DNA of 64,000 nucleotides from a bacterium (GTDB lineage Bacteria; RBG-13-61-14; DATKZS01): NCBI GenBank assembly GCA_963674965.2, contig CAXXFL010000006.1, positions 576,001 to 640,000 of the forward strand, read 5' to 3'. Shown piece by piece: positions 58,018 to 64,000 of this stretch (position 1 is its first letter; each line of letters starts with the position of its first letter). The notes under the pieces were generated by a model. It saw only the letters and a program-made list of their open reading frames with translations, ran no database searches and was not told where the DNA came from. The position numbers and the translations under genes were made by a program.

Positions 58018-60438
58018 TCATTCATTAGTGGACGCGATCCGCGCCCCGTCGATAAAAACCAAAGCCTCGACCCTTTCCTTCATCAGAGAGTACTTCCAGG
58101 GCAACTCGACCTCGGTGCGAAGCGCGTTTCCCTCCGAGTCCGAAATTTGCGCGGTGGCCCGGCCGTAATCGATTGTCAGCGGCTCCCTCGTCCCGGCGTC
58201 TATCAGCATGATACCCAGGTTATGCTCGCCGGTCTTGAGGCCGGAGGTGTTCTCGTACTCCGCCACCACCTTTCCCCCTTTGATCGATAGCGACTTGACC
58301 GAGATTCCTTCCGGCGCCTTGGGCGCCTCGGCTTTTTTGACGTGGAGGGTCCCCACGCAGGGCGTGCCGAAAACCGGGACCTCGTAAAAGGACTCGGCCA
58401 TGGATAACGACTTGCCCTCCGCGTAAAGACTGTTGATCGATATCTTGAGGTCGTCGTCTCCCTCCTCGATGACCCCGGCCCCCCGAAACAGACTGAAACC
58501 AAGGCGGTCGCCGGCGTGATCGAATTCCACGTCCTTGCCCTCCATGATGATCATGCCGTTGTCGTACTTGACCCGGGCCCCGAAGTTCACACGGTTGCCC
58601 GCCTCGGGATTGTACTTGCCTTGCTCGTCGGGTATAGCCACCATGACCCAGGCGTTCCAGGTGTCGGGCGCCACTTCCTCGGTGGGAACCACCAGGAAGT
58701 TCATGTCGTCCATCCCGATCTGGGCCACGCTGGGAAAGATGGTGGGCTGATAAAAGGACATGTGCGTATAGACGATGGGCTCGCCCGGCTCCGGCTCCGG
58801 AGCGCTGGGCATGGACGTTTTAAACTTGACCTCATCCTCGAACTCGCCCAGAAGCTTGCCCGAGGTTATCCAGATATGACCCAAAAGCGTGAAACCCTGC
58901 TCGCGATACCGGCCCTTGACCCGGACCGCGTACTCCCGGTCCGGCTCCACGTGTCCGTCGGGAACGATATTTATAAAACGATGGTCCAGCGACACCGTGA
59001 CGTGGTGGGGGAAGTAAGGCTCGACCTCGACCTCGAGGCCGCCCCGCTCGACGCCGGCCGCCCGGGTGTCGCCTCCTTCCCTGGCCAGGAGCCTGAGCGT
59101 GGCCACCGCCCCGGGCATTACGCCCTCCACCGTCTCCTCCATGGAGGTCGAGCTTCCGCCCGGCGTGACCCAGAAAAGGCTCACTCCCGAGTCGGGCAAT
59201 CCCTCGCCATGGTCGACCACGCAGCGGGGGTCCGTCCTGCCGGCCTCGAGGCAATAGTCGTAGGGAATCTGCACCACCCGGCCGTCCTGCATGGCCAGGT
59301 AAAAGGCCCTCTCGCCCAGGGCTATCGAGGCGTTCACGTCGTTCTCGTCGCTTTCGGTCAGGTTGATGGACCAGCGTCTCTTTCCGTCCGGGCCCAGCAC
59401 GAAGACCTCGCCGTTGCCGTTGCCGAAATAGATATTTCCGTCCCCGTCCACCGCCGGCGACGAGCGGATGGGATCGAGCGTGTCGTAGGTCCAGATAAGG
59501 CGCGGCTCGTCCCCCGCGTCCTGGAGGGCGTACATCGAGCCGTCGCAGCTCGGGATATAGATCATGCCGTTGGCCAGGGCCGCCGACGCGTAAACGTGGT
59601 CGCCCGTCTTGAAGCTCCATATCTTCTTGCCCGTCGCGGGATCGAGGGCGTAAAGCTTTCCGTCAAAACTGGCCACGTATACCCGGCCATTATCGCCGAT
59701 GGCCGGCGAGGCCGATACCACTCCCCAGGTCGAGGTCTTCCAAAGGCGGTCCCCCCCGGCGTCCACCCCGTAACAGGCGCGGTCAAGAGAGCAGAAAAAG
59801 TGGCGCCCCGCGTCGTCGGTCGGGATGGCGCTCCATACAATGCCGCCCGTGCAGGACTCGTACATCTTTTGCCCATCCCGGCTGACGCCGTATAAACAGA
59901 AGTCGTCGTTAGGCGCCAGGACCGTCCCGTCCGGACCGATCGTCACGTTGCCCTCGAACCAGTTTACCTTGGGCACGACCCCGGACTCGAGGTTGGTGGG
60001 AGAGAACTTCCAGATCGGCTCGCCCGTTTCGATATCCATGGCGTAAACGAAGCCGTCGCCGCCTGGTATATAAACGCGGCCGTCGTCGGATATTGCGGCG
60101 GCGCTGTCGATAAGCCGCTCGGTCCGGTAAGACCACTTCAGTTTTCCGTCCGGGCCGATGGCGTAGAAAACAAAGTCGGCCGATCCGATGTAGACCGTTC
60201 CATCCGCTCCCACCACGGGCGTCGAGAAAATGGGACCGTCCGTATGAAAGGTCCAGATCGGGACCTGGTCGCGATCGGCCAACTCGGAGGGCTTCACGTT
60301 CTCCGCCCACCCGGTGTTGCGGTAATCGCGGCGCATGCTCGGCCAGGGCGCCTCCTCGTCGTAACCGGCCGCAAAGCCGATCGTCGAGACCATCGAGATA
60401 GCCCACGCAAAAAACGCCATTAAAACAAACTTCTTCAT
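58018..60438 (-). CDS. Secreted PQQ-like beta-propeller protein with uncharacterised C-terminal half
   Basis: Signal peptide; WPSMRRD...TG; repeated SSPA...DG.VY.GS.D..LYA...G..KW units. Confidence 0.85.
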   Translation of the reverse strand: MKKFVLMAFFAWAISMVSTIGFAAGYDEEAPWPSMRRDYRNTGWAENVKPSELADRDQVPIWTFHTDGPIFSTPVVGADGTVYIGSADFVFYAIGPDGKLKWSYRTERLIDSAAAISDDGRVYIPGGDGFVYAMDIETGEPIWKFSPTNLESGVVPKVNWFEGNVTIGPDGTVLAPNDDFCLYGVSRDGQKMYESCTGGIVWSAIPTDDAGRHFFCSLDRACYGVDAGGDRLWKTSTWGVVSASPAIGDNGRVYVASFDGKLYALDPATGKKIWSFKTGDHVYASAALANGMIYIPSCDGSMYALQDAGDEPRLIWTYDTLDPIRSSPAVDGDGNIYFGNGNGEVFVLGPDGKRRWSINLTESDENDVNASIALGERAFYLAMQDGRVVQIPYDYCLEAGRTDPRCVVDHGEGLPDSGVSLFWVTPGGSSTSMEETVEGVMPGAVATLRLLAREGGDTRAAGVERGGLEVEVEPYFPHHVTVSLDHRFINIVPDGHVEPDREYAVRVKGRYREQGFTLLGHIWITSGKLLGEFEDEVKFKTSMPSAPEPEPGEPIVYTHMSFYQPTIFPSVAQIGMDDMNFLVVPTEEVAPDTWNAWVMVAIPDEQGKYNPEAGNRVNFGARVKYDNGMIIMEGKDVEFDHAGDRLGFSLFRGAGVIEEGDDDLKISINSLYAEGKSLSMAESFYEVPVFGTPCVGTLHVKKAEAPKAPEGISVKSLSIKGGKVVAEYENTSGLKTGEHNLGIMLIDAGTREPLTIDYGRATAQISDSEGNALRTEVELPWKYSLMKERVEALVFIDGARIASTNE

Positions 60439-60448
60439 GATGAATCCA

Positions 60449-61084
60449 TTATCCTCCCGGCCTTATGCCAAAATATATAAGCTCCGTGATCTGGGCGATA
60501 AGATAATCGATATCCACCTTATCCCGCTCGACGGCGTCCTCGACCACCTCCTTGATCATTCCTATCTGAGCCACCGCCGCCACTCGGCAGTCAAGGGAAC
60601 GCACCAGCCCGAGCCTCTGGCCCAACTCGAGGGCCTGGGCCTGGCGCTGGTAAACGTATTGGTAGAAATCGCGTATTTTCGCGCCAATTTCCTTGTCCGG
60701 ACCGTTGGTCTCGTTCTTCATAATCATGACTATATCATGGTTTTCATAAAGTAATATTGCCACGCTCCTGGCGAAGGCCTCGATGGTCTTGTTCGAGGCG
60801 TCCCTAGTTTCGGCCCAGAAATCAACCAGCACCTTCATGGCGCCGGTGAACTCATCGAGAATCTCAGTCAGAATAGCCTTCTTGTCCGCGTAGTGATAGT
60901 AGAAGGTGCCTTGCGATACTCCGGCATCAGCCACGATGTCAGACACGTTTGCCGCCGCGAACCCGTTTTGGGAGAAGGTCTTTCTCGCCGCCGCCATAAT
61001 CCTTTTTCTTGTGTCTATACCCCTGATTCTTTTGGATTTATACTGGAGAGAAATCTCTTCTGTTTGTTCTTTTTGTTTTTCCAT
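60449..61084 (-). CDS. TetR/AcrR family regulator
   Basis: TRKRIMAAA...FSQNGF...VSDIVADAGVSQGTFYYHYADK. Confidence 0.93.
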   Translation of the reverse strand: MEKQKEQTEEISLQYKSKRIRGIDTRKRIMAAARKTFSQNGFAAANVSDIVADAGVSQGTFYYHYADKKAILTEILDEFTGAMKVLVDFWAETRDASNKTIEAFARSVAILLYENHDIVMIMKNETNGPDKEIGAKIRDFYQYVYQRQAQALELGQRLGLVRSLDCRVAAVAQIGMIKEVVEDAVERDKVDIDYLIAQITELIYFGIRPGG

Positions 61085-61093
61085 GGCAACAAA

Positions 61094-61139
61094 TAACTGA
61101 CTGATCAGTTAATTTACTATAAGGAATGTTAAATGTCAA
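61094..61139 (-). promoter_or_regulatory. sigma70 promoter with palindromic operator for tetR operon
   Basis: TTGACA (61139-61134)-17 nt-TAAATT (61116-61111) abutting TAACTGA-N4-TCAGTTA (61094-61111). Confidence 0.75.
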
Positions 61140-61219
61140 TAAAAAAATGTAAGATTACGAACTTCTTGCAAAAGTCCCTTTCTTAGCGGCATAGCCGCTT
61201 TGGAGCGCGGTCGCTTGAT

Positions 61220-61512
61220 ACCGCTTTCGCGATGCTTCGCTTGGTTGGCCTTGCGTTCTGCAATGACAAAATGAACTCATTGCCCCCGCCCAAGTGGAGA
61301 AAAAGGAGAAACCAAGGGCATCGACCCAGGATCTTATAAATCAGCTCCGCTCTGAGTTGTGGGGAAAAGAGATGGGACATGAGTTCGATGGCGAGAGTAA
61401 TTTTGAAGGCTTCAGGGAATCAAACCACCGGGCCGAAAACGTCGAGAACGTCATGAAATTACGGCCTCAATTGAAATCATCCGTTCTATATGCAAACCAC
61501 CCAAAACTTGTC
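61220..61512 (+). mobile_element. Probable 3' remnant of a DDE (IS701-like) transposase, frameshifted
   Basis: AFAMLRLVG...SLPPPKWRK joins, via a shift in the A-run near 61300, KPRASTQDLINQLRSELWG; recalled resemblance to a transposase C-terminus, unverified. Confidence 0.4.
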
Positions 61513-61631
61513 GTCCGGTCCATATCTCATAATCGGCCTCCTTTCAGCAGGGGATGAGGGCATGGTTTCCAAGACAAATCAAGGAGACGGAAGCAAAATG
61601 TCCTGCAAATGTCCTTTCAAAATGGGCCTCG

Positions 61632-62792
61632 TCATGTTTTAGAGCACTTCACGATTGTAATGTCGTATATGGGAAGCCGACTGTCCGGTGATGAATTGAT
61701 CCTGCTCGTTATCGTTCTGGCTTCAATATGAGGATTCCCTTCATCTGCCTTGACTCGAGGCAATCTGACTCTGAGGTCGGCGTCGTTGGCGATCTCCAAC
61801 GCCCGCCTCCGGGCCCGCTCGGACAGGCCGCCCTCGGCCAGGGCCGCGAAAAGGTCGTCGGCCTTCCTGATCTCGACCTCGCGCATCGGGCCGCCCCAGT
61901 AATAATGGATTTCCCTGAGCTTCACCCACTCCATGCCGGCGACGTCCGTGCAAGCCGTCGAGGCCTCGCCGTCCACGAGGAGAGGAAGCAGCGAGTATTT
62001 GGCCTCCCCCGGGAAAAACGACTCGTCCCCAAAAAGGTGAAGACCGAACTTGACGCGATACATGCGCCTCTCGGCCTTGGTCCCCGCGTTGATCCTGACC
62101 TCCCCCAGGGCCGGATTGTAAATCAACAGGTCGTGCTTCTCCGGCCGAAAAAAAACCGACGACGACGAGCCATCCTCAACGCAGCCCTCGCGCCGGAAAG
62201 GATCGCCGTGACGAACGAAGAACCAGACCTCATCGGCGTGACAATGAACGATCACCTTGCAGCACCGGCCCCTGCCGCTCTGCTCGAACCAGTTGTCCAG
62301 GTCGCGCTCCAGATTGTCAAGGACCTCCCTGGAAGGCTCCTCGAACTCCGGGACCGGCGTCCGGTCGGTCTGATAGTATTCAAAGGAGCGCCGGCGAAGG
62401 CCGAGCCTCTCAGCGTGCCTGGTCTCGAGCGCCTCCGGGCATTTGAGCCACGCCTGGACCGCGACGTCGGCGGGCGTCGCGCCATGGCCGTCAATGGCTA
62501 TGCCCCGGCTCTCCATCTCCGCCAGCAGATCGTTCATGATCTCGGGAGTCGAAGTCTCGTGCACCATGTAAAGCGCGTTGGCCAGGTCCCTTGGCGTGTC
62601 CGGACCCGGACTCATGAACACGCCGGCCAGTCCCTCGTAATCGATCCCGCCGTCCGAGCAAGCGGGCGGCAGCGCGACTCCCCGCATGGCCAGGTAATCC
62701 TCGTGTGGACCGAGCAGGGCCAGAAGGCGCTCGCCGCTAATCGTCTTTAAAGCGTCCGGATTCAAAAACCTCCGAAGATTGAATATCGCCAT
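61632..62792 (-). pseudogene. Island-type conserved hypothetical protein apparently fused in-frame to an internal DUF2924 fragment
   Basis: MAIFNLRRF...FFRPEKHD...FGLHLFG body; switches at ADDLFA/ALAEGGLSERARRRALEIANDADLR...DSRLP, a DUF2924-like motif. Confidence 0.6.
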
Positions 62793-62922
62793 TTCCCACA
62801 CCCCCTTCTGAAATTGGCAAAAGTCATCCCTTATGGGCGCGACCGACGACCCATGGGAGATTCTCGATCAGGAGTGGATTAAACTCGTCGGCGCCCCCTG
62901 GCGGCGGGGGATTCGACGACTG

Positions 62923-63576
62923 TCAATCCTTGGCTTGCCTGATCGCCACTACTTTGCCGAGAATGCGCAGATCGTCATCTGGGCCGATGGGAATCGGTTG
63001 GTACTTGGGATTCTCCGGACGGAGTTCAATGCGAGCGTCACGAACGTAGAGCCTTTTCACGGTCGCTTCATCATCAAGAAGAGCCACGACTATATCCCCG
63101 CTCTCAGCCACCGGCTGTTGGCGGACGATGACGAGATCGCCTTCATTGATACCGGCGTCGGTCATGCTGTCCCCGGAAACGGAAAGCGCGAAACAGCGGC
63201 CCGACCGCGCGGCCTTGTCGTCAATCAATATCTCGCCGGTGATGTTCTCCACGGCCAGGATCGGCGCTCCCGCCGCGACCTTGCCAACAATGGGCACGGA
63301 GATGAGTTCGGTGATCTGGCTGTCCGGATCGCGGAGTATGGTGAGCCCGCGGGCCTTGCCCGGCTCGCGCTTCAGGTATCCCTTGCGGATGAGTTGCTCC
63401 ACCTGGGCGTGGACGCTCATCTGCGAGATGCCGAGAATCTCGGACAGTTCCTTGATGGAGGGCGGGAAACCCTTGGCCGCGAGGAAGTCACTGATCTCCG
63501 CCAGCGTGTTCCGCTGCGGCTCCGTGATCTCCTCGGTGGGCGGCCGGCCCCGACCCCGTGTCTTCATCTTCTTCAT
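62923..63576 (-). CDS. lexA: LexA-family repressor (probably island-encoded)
   Basis: GFPPSIKEL HTH, VAAG Ala-Gly cleavage site, GDSM Ser, ATVKR Lys. Confidence 0.9.
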   Translation of the reverse strand: MKKMKTRGRGRPPTEEITEPQRNTLAEISDFLAAKGFPPSIKELSEILGISQMSVHAQVEQLIRKGYLKREPGKARGLTILRDPDSQITELISVPIVGKVAAGAPILAVENITGEILIDDKAARSGRCFALSVSGDSMTDAGINEGDLVIVRQQPVAESGDIVVALLDDEATVKRLYVRDARIELRPENPKYQPIPIGPDDDLRILGKVVAIRQAKD

Positions 63577-63609
63577 CTTTTCATCGCCCTATTGCCAGAG
63601 GATGTACAC

Positions 63610-63637
63610 ATTATAGAACTTATTTCCGTAAGGTCAA
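63610..63637 (-). promoter_or_regulatory. lexA promoter with overlapping imperfect palindrome
   Basis: TTGACC-16 nt-TATAAT; GACCTTA-N6-TAAGTTC covers the -35 and spacer. Confidence 0.65.
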
Positions 63638-63762
63638 TTAAAAAATTTAAAATCTGGTCTAGCCTTTTAATATCAGCATGTTACATAAACATGCAGTTTA
63701 TTGTGGGAGCAACCAGTGTTTCCCTTTACATGTCAGTAACCCCAAAAACTTTTCGGATGACA

Positions 63763-63807
63763 TTGACATGGAGAAATTTTCTGTTACTATTTTACTAAAA
63801 GGTAAAA
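63763..63807 (+). promoter_or_regulatory. arsR-type promoter and operator
   Basis: TTGACA-16 nt-TACTAT with extended TG; TTTTAC-N6-GTAAAA palindrome at 63790-63807; IHF-like TATCAG-N4-TTA at 63671-63683. Confidence 0.6.
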
Positions 63808-63840
63808 CATTAACATTTGATCCAATCAGGGAGGATTCTC

Positions 63841-64000
63841 ATGACCCCCAGAAAAAAAGAAGACTCGAAAGTGAACGAAGCGTCGATGCGTTTAGCCGAG
63901 AAGAAGGCGAACATCTTCAAAGCGCTGGGACACCCGATAAGAATCACAGTGTTCGAAGCACTTGCCGAAGGTGAGAAGACCGTGGGTGAACTGGTGGAGC
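63841..64000 (+). CDS. ArsR/SmtB-family regulator, 5' part (runs off window)
   Basis: Not in ORF track. GGAGG RBS; MTPRKKEDSK...ANIFKALGHPIRITVFEALAEGEKTVGELVE. Confidence 0.88.
   Translation, partial: MTPRKKEDSKVNEASMRLAEKKANIFKALGHPIRITVFEALAEGEKTVGELVE

Noticed and set aside
61728-63798. 340-aa and 321-aa plus-strand ORFs
   Set aside because: Shadows of the island gene and lexA.

Overview
GC-rich bacterial chromosomal window; the gene content (thrS-infC-rpmI-rplT-pheS-pheT-ihfA-merR-tRNA-Pro block, sigma54-type pilin promoter, DUF2889/DUF5395-like genes) suggests a deltaproteobacterial (Desulfobacterota/Myxococcota-like) genome, which is an inference. The housekeeping block (19.6-27.4 kb) lies among surface and secretion genes: a ~2500-aa lipoprotein with 50 tandem Cys/Asp repeats and a beta-helix tip (7.6-15.1 kb); a T6SS spike cassette with no core T6SS genes in the window (vgrG with a long unexplained C-terminal extension, DUF2169-pentapeptide, pentapeptide, DUF3540, DUF4150 PAAR-like, small DUF3467-like gene, csaA; 27.7-36.3 kb); directly upstream of it a ~4240-aa secreted multidomain protein with a His-Cys caspase/legumain-fold (C13-like) peptidase (36.6-49.4 kb); and a type IV pilin with a readable sigma54 promoter and tandem palindromic enhancer-like sites. 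Features not resolved by the ORF track: an SDR 5' end, a GH5 gene split by one in-frame TAA, a truncated hicB, a RAYT/Y1 transposase fragment, a probable IS remnant, an apparent deletion-fusion with DUF2924 in a decayed lexA-bearing island, and an ArsR gene running off the right edge. All family assignments are by eye from motifs; no searches were run.
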